From NCBI GenBank assembly GCA_965113315.1, contig OZ220366.1: a DNA stretch of 64,000 nt, one strand, 5' to 3'. The position numbers and the translations under genes are program-made. The notes under the pieces are model-generated. The model did not search any database, had not been told where the DNA came from, and worked only from the letters and a program-made list of their open reading frames with translations. The DNA comes from Podarcis vaucheri. Lineage: Eukaryota. Position 1 is the first letter of the stretch. Every line of letters starts with the position of its first letter. Below, in pieces: positions 51,560 through 64,000 of this stretch.

Positions 51560-52128
51560 CAGAGGTGGCCCTCCAGATGTTATTGGGCGTGATTCCCATC
51601 AGTCTGTCAGGCTTCAGGGAATCAGCTTCCTCCCTCCCCTTGGCAGTAGATAAGCAGAACAAAGGAAAGGGAGTCTTCTTACCAGTTAAAAACTTTAATG
51701 ATCACAGCAAGAACCCATTTCCTAGAAATGGCTGTGCTCTCAGTTAGGAATTCCCACTCCCTTACCTCCCTAGTCACCCACGTCACTCCTATGCCATGTA
51801 ACCTGAGCTTGTAACCCCTGTACTTTCTGTTCTGCCACTTTCTCAGCTCTTCTTGACCTTGGGGAGAGTGGATGAGTGCTTTCCAGAGACAGTGAATCTG
51901 TTAATTCTCTCTCTCCCAATGCTTCTTCTCCTAGCTGTTCCCCACCCAGTATTTCCCAGCTTCTGTCTTCTGAACTATGTCCCTCTGCAAACCACTGTTC
52001 CAATTCTATACTGTCCTCCTGCTCCTGGGAAGATTCAGCCCTCCTCAGCACAGTCCCTGACACAGCCCCAGCTAACATGGGAGTTGCAGTCCAGCTATAT
52101 CTGGACAGTTCCAGATTCCTAAAACCAG
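51560..52128. mobile_element. URR1-like hAT MITE interrupted by a solo LTR
   Basis: TSD ctataagg / ctctaagg; ccagatgtt..tcccat on the left and atgggagttgcagtccagc..tctgg on the right. Confidence 0.7.
51605..52062 (-). mobile_element. Solo LTR (Gypsy-like), 458 bp
   Basis: TGTCAGG...CCTGACA termini; 5-bp TSD cagtc / cagcc; minus-strand ATTAAA near 51695. Confidence 0.8.
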
Positions 52129-53339
52129 CTCTAAGGATTGCCCTAGCACTATGCCCCTGCTTGCAATAAGCTTGAGTAGTATGATACTATGTATGACTAC
52201 ATGATGCTGCCACGTGTGACAAAAGCAAAGTATTTTAGGTTTTTTTTTTAAAGCAACGATTCAATATTTCAAATATATTGCTTTCAACAACAATCTGCTT
52301 TTGAATCTTTAGAGAAAAAGATAATAACACAGAACATCCTGGTTCACACATAATGGCAGAATGTGCTTTAAATGTATAGTGTGGATGTATTATATTTCAT
52401 TATTCCTTCTATAATACCCCATCTTTCACTAATGATCCCTAATATTATCTAGAACCTACAAAGGACTGAACAGATGCTTTCAGAATTATTATTCTTTGAA
52501 CAGGGCTACCTATTTTAAAATCAAACCATATCTAACTATATTGTGAGGGCTATTTTCTGAGGAACATTATTCTTTACTTACAAAGTATCATCCTATTAAA
52601 CATTGGATTTCACCTGTTATTTCAATGCCTGTTCTTCAACTGAACAACTTTTGAAATTTACCCATAACCTGCCTAGATTTGTGAGCCTTGAAAACATGAT
52701 TGTAAGGCTTATTCCACACATGATAGTTTATTATTAGCTTATTCATCTATTGGCACAAGATAATCACGTTCAAAGCATCACTTTTGTGTTCTTTATTAAA
52801 AATCTTTCAAGCAAATATAGTGCATGTGGAATGATATATACTCTAATATATTTGCAAATAAACATAAATGAGAGTTGAAGTTATCTCTAGGGTATGAAGT
52901 GGGTATTGATTATATCTTCTTGTGAAATGTAATACTTTGGCAATGGAACAGCTCAGAAAACTTACGATGGAAAAGTATGAAAACACTTCTGTGCTATGAG
53001 CTTTCAATTGACAAAGCACTCATTGAAAAACTGCTTCTTTTGCCTTGATACCAACAGTGCGACAGGATATATTCCTGATGAATCTCTTTCAGTTTATTTT
53101 ATTAATTGTTTAAAACACTTTCATAAAAATATCTCAAGGACATCCACAACAGAACAAGAAGAATACAAGAAAAACAAAAAAATAGAGCAGCAAGAAAATC
53201 AAGAAAAACCTCCTCATCCTGATATTAATGCTGCAAAGGTTTTAGCAAGCATTGGAAACCAAGAACAGTAGGTACTTGTCTTATCTTATAGGGGAGTCAG
53301 TTCTATAGGCAACAAAAAATGTCCTGGTTGTCACAAGGC

Positions 53340-53828
53340 TGTGGGATATTGTGGCATTTGCCTCCTAGGATGGGTCATAAGGAAAGGGTTAAAATAGGTG
53401 TGATGTGATTGGCCAGTGAGAATGCAAGGGGGGAATAAAAGTTAGAGTGGGAGGTTTTGAAAGTTAGTTGAGTTGGTTGAGGTTTGGGAGTTGAAGAAGG
53501 AAGAGGGAGGTTTAGGTGTGGGTTGGTAGAGTTGTATTGTGAGAGAGTGAGAAGAATTGTTAGGTGGAGTAAGATAGATAGTTGGAATAATCAGTTTGGA
53601 GTTGTTAGGAACTAAGAATAAGAAACTGACAAGAGAAAAATTAACCGAAACTATAAGCTTGTTCCTGCATTTAAAAATAAACTTGATTATTTGTTTGTGT
53701 TAAGAACTGACTGGACTCCGTGTGTCCCCGTGAGATACGGGGTGGTGGCAGCGGAAAAAGCAATCGCAGTGGCGGCACAGGGTCAATAGACCGTCAAACG
53801 TTCGGGGCCCCCGTGTGTGATCGCCACA
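53340..53828 (+). mobile_element. Solo LTR (Gypsy-like), ~490 bp
   Basis: TGTGG...CCACA termini; ATTGG at 53408; purine-rich body; AATAAA at 53676; CpG-rich U5-like end; TSD unclear. Confidence 0.65.
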
Positions 53829-54249
53829 GACACCTAGAAGCATCTCACTGGAAGACCCCAGGTCAGCATTCTGGATCTACAAGCTTTGCTATGGGTGGGA
53901 GGCAAAAGTCTGCAGTGCCACCTCTACTCGCTGATTGTGAACCCCAAGCAACACATTTTGGGCAATAAATGACGTATCAAGGTTTGGTATCTCACGCCAC
54001 ACAGAAAAGAGCAAAATTCTATTGGGGGGTGGGCTTTTCTTTCCAACCAGGAACAGCTACACATTAGTCCAGAGCGCTTTGAGATCACCAGTATGAAGTG
54101 GATGTTCAGTCGCAAGCCCCACCCCCATAACATTCCTCTAAAACGCACAACAAACAGTGCTGGGAGGGATGTGCCAGAGAAGAACCCCCCTCCTCTGCCT
54201 TGAATCAACAAATCCCTCTGTCCATGAATCTATACAACAACAACATCTT

Positions 54250-54420
54250 AATCTTTAGATCACAGGGCAGTTCACAAGAATACAAAATGAGAACACAAAA
54301 TACATAATGAAGCAAAAACAAAAACCAACCAATAGCCCCCTCCCACAAACAGGCCATAGAATGTTAGCCAAAGGCCTGGTTATAGAGAAACGGTTTAGCC
54401 TGGCACCTAAAGATAGGTGT
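54250..54420 (-). mobile_element. L2-type 3' tail fragment
   Basis: gatcacagggcagttcaca...aggcctgg...ttagcctggcacctaaa; a related tail lies on plus at ~20500-20560. Confidence 0.5.
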
Positions 54421-54654
54421 CAGCCTCCCTCTTGATTTCCAGGCATCCCCACACCTTGCAAAGCCCATCCTGTGGTGACCCATATCCAAGGTTGAAAGGA
54501 GCAGCACTAGGCAGACTTTGCAAGTCATATGGAGGCTTGGAAATCCAAAGGAGGCATGCGGGGGTGCATGAAATATTTGTACAGCACTGATCCTTTCAAC
54601 ACAGATTAGTGCAGGACAGTCATTCCAAGCCTCCTTGCACCCCTCCTTTCAAGC

Positions 54655-54820
54655 TCTTGTTCCATGCGCCAGAAGTGGTTTGGTCATGCTGGCCACATAA
54701 CCTGGAAAACTGTCTGCAGACAAATGCTGGCTCCCTTGACCTGAAAGTGGAGATGCGTGCTGCACCCCATAGTTGAATTTGACTGAACCATCCAGGGGTC
54801 CTTTACCTTCACCTTCACTT
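54655..54820 (+). mobile_element. Sauria SINE 3' half (older)
   Basis: gccagaagtggtttggtcatgctggccaca...ggggtcctttaccttcacctt. Confidence 0.85.
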
Positions 54821-55022
54821 TGTACATAGCAGGGAGATAATTCAACAAACATACAAAGGAAAACTGCCTCAGACCTGCACAGCCAACCACAGCATAATTA
54901 CCTCAGTGGACATCATGGAACTTTGCCTGGTTGTTAACATCTCTACCTGTCCCCCCTTTTAACACTAACAGAGTTAACCCTTGAGTTACAAACTGAAAGA
55001 TCCTTGCTGTGTGCAAGGCCTG

Positions 55023-55030
<8 letters not shown>

Positions 55031-55054
<24 letters not shown>

Positions 55055-55209
55055 AGAGAAGAAGTTATTATTTATACTTTGCCCATCTGGCTGGGTTTTC
55101 CCAGCCACTCTGGGCGGCTTCCAACAAAGTATTAAAATACAGTGTTCTGTTAAACATTAAAAGCTTCCTAAAACAGGGCTGCCTTCAGATGTCTTCTAAA
55201 AGTCTGGTC
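55031..55209 (-). mobile_element. L2-clade 3' end with (AAG)n expansion
   Basis: Reverse complement of the 35330-35480 family; possible TSD gtaagaa (55024-55030, 55210-55216). Confidence 0.85.
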
Positions 55210-56117
55210 GTAAGAAAGATAAAAACTCACTGCTATTTCTACTCAGTTTATACACAGTTTCTTGAGTAAAGTGTTTTCTTTTCTCTCTGAATTCCATCTG
55301 CATTATTTCAGTGGCTTTGCTAACAAGGGCTGGTTTATTTTATATTTTTCAGGAAAATCTGCATAAGGTGTCTATATTCTGCAAATGTGTCTATATTTAT
55401 TCAGATTACTATAATGTACAGCTGACTAGATGCACTTTGATTCATTTCCCCCCCAATTCATGTCCTAGCTGATACAGTGAAGCAGTATTCATAGTTCACC
55501 ACATTGTTGTTTTTAACCAGATAGCTTATTTTCACCCACTGCAGGAGTGAAGTAATGGCATATTCTCTGCTAAACTGATGGATACGGCCACACTTTTTCA
55601 GTGTAATGTTTTCCCCTAGGCAAAGAGAGGTAGATAATGCAAAGTGAAAGGAATTGTCTCACTCTGTCTGCAAGAACACTCAAAACAGCAGCCTTAGGTA
55701 ATGCCCAAAAATTAATATTAAAGCATTAAATTGAAACATTGGACACATTATATTCTCACTTTCTCTCTTCACAATATTTTTCCAATTATTTGTCGAGGGG
55801 TTTTTTATATTTTTCTTGCTATGAGTCTTTTCCCTCTAACTGCCTCAAGGCTCTTTGACGTGATAGGAACGTCTGCTGTCAAGGCAGCTCAATGATCACA
55901 ACATATATTCAGACACATGTGGGCTAGAATTGATCAGGAATTTCCTATAGGTAGATTATGAAATCAGTACTTATGAAGCTGTAGCCCTTTGCAGAGTGAA
56001 CCATCACTGTTGTGCATCACAACTTCTTAAAACCTCAGGAGAAGCCAGAGGATTTCCTGAGGTATAATGTGGGGCAGAGAATTGGACACACAATACAGTG
56101 TGGGGTAGAGGTTATAG

Positions 56118-56353
56118 CATGGGTAAGCAAACTAAGGCCCGGGGGCCCAATCGCCTTCTAAATCCGGCCCACGGATGGTCCGAGAATCAGTGTGTTTTTA
56201 CATGAGTAGAATGTGTCCTTTTATTTAAAATGCATCTCTGGGTTATTTGTGGGGCATAGGAATTCATTCATTTTTTAAAAAAATAGTCCAGCCCCCCACA
56301 AGGTCTGAGGGACAGTGGACCGGCCCCCTGCTGAAAAAGTTTGCTGACCCCTG
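56118..56353. mobile_element. hAT (Charlie-like) MITE
   Basis: Perfect 8-bp TSD ggttatag; TIR catgggtaagcaaact / agtttgctgacccctg. Confidence 0.92.
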
Positions 56354-56375
56354 GGTTATAGTGTTGGAATGTGAC

Positions 56376-56655
56376 CAGCTTCCACCAACCTAGCAGTTCA
56401 AAAGCACACCAGTGCAAGTAGATAAATAGGTACCGCTGTGGCGGGAAGTTAAACGGTATTTCCATGCGCCCTTGCACTCATCACAGTGTCCCGTTGTGCC
56501 AGAAGTGGTTTAGCCATGCTGACCACATGACCCTGAAAGCTGTCTGTGGACAAACGTCGGCTCCCACAGCCTGAAAAGTGAGTGAATGCCACACCCCATA
56601 GTTGCCTTTGCCTGGACTTAACTGTCCAGGGGTCCTTTACATTTACCTTTTACCT
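56376..56655 (+). mobile_element. 5'-truncated Sauria SINE
   Basis: ccaacctagcagttcaaaagcac...gtagataaataggtaccgc...(ACCTTT) tail. Confidence 0.88.
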
Positions 56656-57304
56656 ATAGACTATTACCTGAGAGACCAGGGTTCGAATTCACACTCAGCC
56701 ATGAATCTCACTGGGTGACCTTGAACCAGTCACTGCCTTTCAGTCTTACCTACTTCACAGGATTGCTGTGGGGATAAAATGGGGAAGAAGAGAGCCATGT
56801 ATACCTTGAACTCCTTGAAGGAAAAAGAGGCATATTGATGAAAATTAATAATATAACATTTTTTCCTTGTTTTGACTTTCCTATCCTATCCCTTGCCCTT
56901 TCAGAATTTCTAACTACATTTTCTAACTACACCCATTATAAAGGGATGGTATTTGTATCATTTACAGAGAAGGAGAAGTCTGATGTGGTCTATCCAATTT
57001 GCTGCCTTGTCACTTTCTCCAAGATGAGGCTTTCATGACTTGGATGATGGAAAGACTCACAGGAAAGGTGGGAATGGCAACAAAGAATTAACTTTTCAAG
57101 TGTCCATATTGAATGCTTAAATAACCCCTGGTCTCAATATAACAATTCCCTAATCCCATTACAACAATCTAGAATAAAACACCCTTGCCTGCTGTTTTAC
57201 AGCCTCTGTACTAGGATAGCACCAACTAACACACACAACAGCTCTCTCCGTGATACCAACTTTTGATGTAGTTCATTTGATATTAGCTTAGGAGGGAATA
57301 TTTT

Positions 57305-57755
57305 TAGTGATGGTGTTCCAGCTTTGGAACTCCGCCACTCTGAAAAATAACTGGCTCCAACATTGCTGGCATTCAGTGCCAGGTAAAAACCTGGGCATTT
57401 TCCCAGGCTTTTGTTGGAATTTAGTGTCAGATTTGATTGCTCTCCACTGTTATTTGGTTGAAATGTTATATGCTCTTCTGCTGTTGTTCTTATGTATATA
57501 AATTTTACTCCTGATTTTTATCCACTTTGGAATTGCCTTCCACCCCAACAAAGAGTGTGGAAGAAGTGTTTTGGAATAAATGAACCATGGGGTAAAAGCT
57601 GTCAGATTAGATGTTTGAACACTGGTATTTGATTGCAATTTTATTTGCTCCTGTTTTCTGCTGTTGTTTTTATGTATATGAATTTTGCTATTGATTGTTA
57701 GGGGTTGTTTGCAATAAAGAGTGGGATAGAGCCCTTTAAATAAATAAGTAAAGTA
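57305..57755 (+). mobile_element. Two adjacent degraded L2-type tails with an internal ~45-bp repeat
   Basis: ttctgctgttgttcttatgtatataaatttt (~57476) recurs at ~57656; both segments end in gtgg(g)a..a...aataaa. Confidence 0.45.
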
Positions 57756-60700
57756 AAAGATGAAAGACGATACAAAATAAGTCTCAGTGCTTCTGAAAAA
57801 ATCCAACATGTTTCCATAAAAAGCTCTCATTTGGGAAATAACCTGAAGATGATCCATAGGATTGGGGAATAGACTTGATTGCTAGTCATCAAATCATTCC
57901 ACCAAGAAGACAAGATTTCCCTTGTAAAATGTCAGATTTTCTCAGGAGCAATGAGAGAACTATTTTGTTTTGTTTCCCTTTTGTGCTGATTCCCCTTGCC
58001 ATTCCCCTTGCAGAACAGATACTCAAACATTACCCCAAACAACGAGATCTCCTTGCTGGGTCTTGTTACTCATGGTATCTCCTGCATTCATCTGGCTCTG
58101 CAGCACTTTGACCTGCGCAGGCACATTCAGATCCAAGTATATGCAGTATAGTCTCATAAGCATTTATAGGGCTTGTCTACTCCAAGCTATCAGTGATTTT
58201 GCCCCTTGGGTTAAACATTTCATGTTATCTGACTCTCTTCTAGTCCCATTAAATTGATGGGATTATTTTAGGCTTAACTAAAGCAAGTAGTTAGAAGATT
58301 ACAACAGCGCTGAAGCAGATTTTCCAGTAACAAAAAAAATACTCAAAGCCTAACTCCCCTGACCTAGCTGCAGTTTGGGACTTTATATTGAAATGCTAGT
58401 CCATGCTCTTGCATAGATGAATTAACAAGTACCATTATAATTAGAAACTCACAATGAAAATGTAATGAGGAACATGACATAATGCATCATAATCTAATAT
58501 AATGATACCTATTAGAACATGAAAGCACAACTCATCAGTATTGTACATATCTCCATTTCCCCCCTGTAATTTAATGGATTGTGTAGTCATTGAAAAGAAT
58601 TAAGGAAAGAATGATTGAGTAGTGACCCTGGTCAAGGTGTGGCGAGATTCATGCTTTAGAGAGAACTGTGTCAATTAGAGCAAGGTCAAATTATTTTTAT
58701 TTTATTTTATGAGGGGAAAAGAGTGGATTGAGGTAGGTGTAATGGCTACTTTCCCTCAATGTGAGGCAACCTTTCCTGGGCAAAAGGACTGAGTGATCCA
58801 TGCTACACTTATGCCAGGAAGATGGATGCAAACAGATAGAAGGACAATTCTTAAGCTTGGAATATTAAGTTATTTACAGTAGGATATAAATAAAATACTA
58901 CATATTTATATTTAAATATGTTTTGTTTTGTTTTGCAAAAGATTAGGTGCTGGTATGCATATTTTCATAAAAGTGATTTGGGTACCAGGACAAAACAGCT
59001 GCCAGTGGCAGCAAAACAAAGATGCAATGTACTCATTACTGGTTAGTACTGTCACAAAAAAGCACAGGAAATATGAATATAATAAGGACTTTTTTTAAAA
59101 AAAGGAAACAAGAAAAAAGAAAACTAGCAAGGAGTGCTAATAAACAAAGAAAGGCAACTAAAGCCAGGAGAGAATTAAACATACAAGTTACCTGAACTCT
59201 TGCTGCTTCTCTCTAACATGAAATGTTTGTCTCTTTTCTGCTTCTATAGCTTCTCCACCCATTGTTTCTAAGGTCCCTGATTTTAACAGTATTGCAAAAT
59301 GTGAAACGTGGAACCTCAGCACCCTGTTTTCCACAGTGACAGGTGAGATGCTTCTGTGAAGCTTAAGTATGGGATGGAGGCATTTGCCTCCCTTTTCTTA
59401 GCAAGTGGTGCTCTGAAGTAGCCTTTCTTTTCTTTTAAACCCAACATGAGCTGGTTCCCACCACTACATCCTGTGTGCATCTCTGAGGTGCATCCTGTCA
59501 TCACATCACTTTCATTTTGGTAACAGGTGAAGGCACACACATTTGCCTGGCCTTTGAGGAGCCAAGGTGAGGTGCATTGGGAATCTGCATGTTTTGAATG
59601 CTGCTCTTAACGTTTGTATTTTGTGTTTTGATTTTTTTCAGTTTTATTGTTGCATTTGATTTTTGAGGTTTATGTATTTTCACCATGGAGCCTTCAGGTA
59701 AAGGGTGGATTACAAATCTTTAAATAAATAAATATTGTGGGTGGCACAAATCATTTTGCCTGCCCTAAATATATCACATATCAATTACATTGTCTGTCTT
59801 AACTTACTTCCCTCCTGGCACTTAAAATTTCACTTCATTATTAAAGTCTGTCCCTAAATTTAAAGTGTTAAACAGTAATCATTTCCTTAGCCAGTTCCAA
59901 GAAATTGTTGCAGATGTCAAAATGGTACACATAGTTATATTGCTTACAGTATCTGCAGTAAAAAATCCCCCTATCTACAAACTTGTCATGTCCATGGTTT
60001 TCTGTGTGATGTTCCGTCACCCTTGCATGCTCCTCTAAATATTCATAATATCTGAATCATTTCAGAGAATTTACCAAGTTAGTTTCAAGCTGTTATTTAG
60101 CATAATGCTCAACATGGGATGAGAAGGAATCAACTCTTCCTGCTTAGAAGCATAGATGGATTCAGTTTCTTTTACATAAGCCTCTGTGATTAGTGTTCTA
60201 ATCTAAGAATCCCTTTTCTAATTCCATATGAATAGGAAGAAGAAAATACACATTGGGACTGATCAAATTGTAATAATAGAATATTAACTAACATATTCAG
60301 AAGCATTGCCTCTATCTTTAGGAAGACTTAGACAGAAAATGTAAATGGGAGGAAGTACAGAGTATAATAAATAGGATCCTAAGTCCCCTTACATTGGCAG
60401 GGTACTTACAAACTTGGGTCATAACAAATATACAAATATTGCTACATTGAATAAATGGTTATTATTTGGCATACAATACTGGACATGTGGCTTTTGATTT
60501 AATCTTATGTGACATTAAGAATATTTTACACTAAACCTTACCAACATCTGAATATCCAGAATCTAGTGGTGACCATGATACTGAGTCAGAGGCTATAGGG
60601 TACGAGCTGAGGAGCTAAACCATGTTCTTGACTCTGAGCTTGATGCTGGCAAACTCAATGCATCTGAAGCTTGCAGGCAGAAGCCAAATGAAACCCGATC

Positions 60701-61628
60701 CCACAGCACTGGAGCCCAAAGAACCAAAGCTGGGATTCCTACAGGTACCTTTCTCTGTACTCAATGAATCCTGCGCCTCCCACACTATACACTATGTCCT
60801 ATCCAATGGTGAAGAGAGTATGCCTGGCAGGAGGCCTGAAAGGGATGCACTCATATTCAGCAGAGGTGGTTGGTTCTCTTTGGATCTCAAACAAATGGAG
60901 TGGAGTACTGTATACGGGAAGTGGGGTGGAAGCACAGGCTCAAAAGGACTCCATTCATGCCCAGTCCTTATCAGAACAAGTTGCTCATTAGGAGCTCTCC
61001 TTGGTGCTGAGGCAGCTGACCTGCCTTGCCACTTTGCATCACAGTGCTCCACGGATCGGTTCCTTGCAACAAGAGCAGAACACTGAGAAAATGTGACCAA
61101 AACACCACCAAATTTAAGATACTCCCTATGTGCAATGTACCTTTCCCAGTTCCCACTGCATCCTCTAGTTAGTACATTCAGATTGCTTCCACAGAGTGCT
61201 TTCACTATAATGCAAAAAACCAAACCAAAACAAAACAAAATGGGGAAATAGTAATCTAATATCACCACATTAAACCAGGGTGAAGGACAGAAGCAGACAA
61301 AATAAAGGGCAATGAGGGTAACCTTGAAAGGAGAATCTCTGAATAACAACAGACATACTTTTTAAAAAGGAAAGAAATGAGCTGAAGGTATAGTTAAGGC
61401 ACTTTAATCACTTCACAAAGTTTTCAAACCACTATAATAAAAGCTCAAATAAAATTTATACTGCAGATTAGAAAAGACATAAACATGCCCTGAAGGATGC
61501 CAGTTAATTTTTTTAAAAAAGAAAATCAAGCTGGCCACTGAAACTAGGAAATCTTTCATGCTTAATAGACATAGTTTTTGCCCCTTTTAAATATGGAATT
61601 GTTGCTCAAATGAAGAAAATCAAAGGCA

Positions 61629-61659
<31 letters not shown>

Positions 61660-61927
61660 GAGTGGCAAAACGCATAAAATCTGCATTAATATCAGCCAAG
61701 AAGGTAAACATATAACCCACAACCCAGTGCACAGTGATAGGCACTTAAGAGAAATTGAAATCAGCACTGTGCAGGATTCTGGCTATAAAAAGCTAGTAAT
61801 AAAAATATGTGCAAAGGTGAAGCTAGAAATATGCAGGACAAACAGAGATACTGTTGGATGGCACAGTTATACAAGGAACAATGAAGGAAAACTTGGAAGC
61901 TTCAGAAATACTGGACATGTTCTTTTC

Positions 61928-62019
61928 TTTTCTTTTTAAAAATAATTTTTATTAAATTTCCATTTAACAAACCAATCATATCACATTAGTTATTCCAAAT
62001 TGTACCAATACATATCATA
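61928..62019 (-). mobile_element. Severely 5'-truncated L1-type insertion (~92 bp)
   Basis: 16-bp TSD tggacatgttcttttc (61912-61927) and tggacatgttattttc (62020-62035); minus-strand ggaaatttaataaaaa plus A-rich tail. Confidence 0.8.
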
Positions 62020-62095
62020 TGGACATGTTATTTTCATCAGTCTGTGGGGGTCAATGACAGTGGGACAGTTAAACATACCTAAGCTTTCCTCTATC

Positions 62096-62096
62096 C

Positions 62097-62126
<30 letters not shown>
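62096..62126. repeat. (CTGT)n microsatellite
   Basis: Directly visible. Confidence 0.9.
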
Positions 62127-62130
<4 letters not shown>

Positions 62131-62827
62131 ATATATAGGATGTCATTTGCAGGTGCTCATATCACGGCAGAGCCCAGCCTTTAATACTTTATACAAATTG
62201 TCATAAAAACAAACCAAAATAATGATTTGCTCTTGCAAATCTGCATATATATTTTTTGCAGACAGCAATTCTCAACCTGATGATGGGGTGGGTAGGAGGG
62301 TTAAAAGCATCAACATGCATGGCTAACATCTGAATAGGGCTTGTGCTACCAAATGAAATTGATGGGAAGTAAGTGCAGGAAAAGGAAGCATTTCTTCATT
62401 CTGTGCAATTCTCTATTATAAGATGTGGGAGTGGGAACTGGATTTAGATATTTTAAAAGGCAATTCACTGGTAAACTCTGTAAACAGATTACTGTACAGC
62501 TTCTGGTATAGTCAGTACATCTCTGATCATCAGGTGCTAGGAGCAAACAGTAGGAAATGGATCTCTCAAACCTGCCCTCCTTGTGATCAAGCTTCCTAGG
62601 ACCATCTGGCTAGCCAGGTTTGGAGACTGATTTCACTGTGTTTAGGCTGGAGTAAGGAATACCAACACTGAGATATTTACTGAGACACATGGTGTGAACA
62701 TTTTCTAGATGGCGCATCATCATTTCTAGTTATAAAAATATACTGACAATTCTGCTTCCCTATACAAAAATAGGAATTTAGCCATGTGCTAAACATCGAA
62801 TGTTTTCCTGCATGGTCCTATATTCAT

Positions 62828-62886
62828 TCTATCTATCATCTATCATCTATCTATCTATCTATCTATCTATCCATCCATCTATCTAT
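62828..62886. repeat. (ATCT)n microsatellite
   Basis: Directly visible. Confidence 0.9.
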
Positions 62887-64000
62887 GATAAACCTTATCC
62901 CAACTGTTTTTCAGCTCTTTTTCAGCAATAACTTGTTGAAACTCAGTTCCAGCACCATTCAGGTAGGCACCATTGTCATTATAAGACAACAAGGGAGGCA
63001 ATCATTGTAAGTTCCGGCACCTCTCCTTTTTTTAGAAAAATTGTGTTGCTAGTTGGGACTGATGGGAGTTGAAGTCCAACAATACCTGAGGGCCAAAGGT
63101 TCTCGCTCTCCTTAGCAAGTGTAATTTTTAAAGTATCAATCTCTTTCATACTTTTTGACAAGATGAAAAATCCAGAAATATGAATAATGTTAAGTGTCAA
63201 GAGCTTGTGCAATTGTGTTGTTGTTGTTGTTGTTTTAAATAAGAAATAAGTTCTCTCTGTTAACCAAAATGACAAAGTAAAGCATGTCAATAGAATCTGA
63301 AAGTGTTATTTAGCTCTAAATATTTCAACACATTTGACTTAACATTATTATTTTGGAGGTCAATGAAACAAGATAAGAAGAAAATGAAACAGCCCCTACA
63401 AACCATTACGTAAAATGTTGATAAAGCTGTTTTCTTTTATGTGTTATCAAAAGTCAATAAAAACTTGTCTAAACAAGACAAAGAATCAGGTGAGAACAGC
63501 TCATTACTATTGTACTGTCAGTGTGACATTTTTGCTTCTGCTAGAGAACATTAACTACAAGAGGTTATTACTACTTTATGACAGTATTGACAATAATATC
63601 AAATGATTTTGGACTTATTTTCTCACTCTTTTTTATAGTATTTGAGTCTACTGCAGATAATATCTATGACTACTTCCACTTCTACCTTAACTTAAGAATA
63701 CTAGAGGATGCCATAACTTTCCAGACTTGGACCACATCAGTGCCATGCATTTAAAGCAGTACCATACAACTTTAAACAGTCCTGGCTTCTACCAAACAAC
63801 CCTGAGAACTGTATTTTGTTAATGGTTCTTGCCCAAGTTTTCATTTGATTGTAGACTGGATGGTCATCAGGGTAGCTTGAGCAGCAATTCAGACCATTTG
63901 TATCCAAACAATGTGAACTATCAGTGCACAAATGATACCTCCTGTGGGGAAATAGAGTTGTTATTCCCACTTTTTCTGAGAGATTGTGTGTTGGGGGCTC

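Larger units (their letters stand above)
56095..56850 (+). mobile_element. tRNA-derived CORE/MIR-like SINE carrying two nested insertions
   Basis: A-box cagtgtggggtagagg at 56096; B-box gggttcgaattc at 56679; CORE-like ctgggtgaccttgaaccagtcact..ctttcag. Confidence 0.8.

Noticed and set aside
59189-59278. Minus-strand exon candidate ending CAG|GTAACT
   Set aside because: Weak acceptor and unrecognised peptide; insufficient support.
60622-61349. 154-aa and 185-aa overlapping ORFs
   Set aside because: No recognisable motifs or exon boundaries; probably an old repeat with higher GC.

Overview
Eukaryotic, AT-rich, CpG-depleted vertebrate DNA. The repeat complement (Sauria SINEs, Bov-B and other RTE LINEs, L2, CR1, L1, a Penelope-like element, hAT and pogo MITEs) points to a squamate, probably a lacertid lizard; this is an inference from repeats only. 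I found no confident host protein-coding gene, rRNA, true tRNA or CRISPR array, so the window looks like a large intron or intergenic region, with one 132-N assembly gap. All recognisable coding capacity is transposon-derived. The most notable locus is 40263-44510. There a young L1 on the minus strand keeps its 5' UTR, an ORF1 with one nonsense codon and about 590 uninterrupted ORF2 codons, but has lost its 3' half. It is fused tail-to-tail to a plus-strand Penelope-like fragment carrying a TATA box and a minimal, dimer-type hammerhead ribozyme. Other items: a 1.1-kb ORF-less L1-mobilised element with a 16-bp TSD, a TIR element that captured an L2 tail, a UUCG-capped hairpin framed by hammerhead core motifs, several nested insertions with readable TSDs, and two solo LTRs. 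Family names come from motif recognition, not database searches. I cannot establish a wholly new biological system from this sequence alone.
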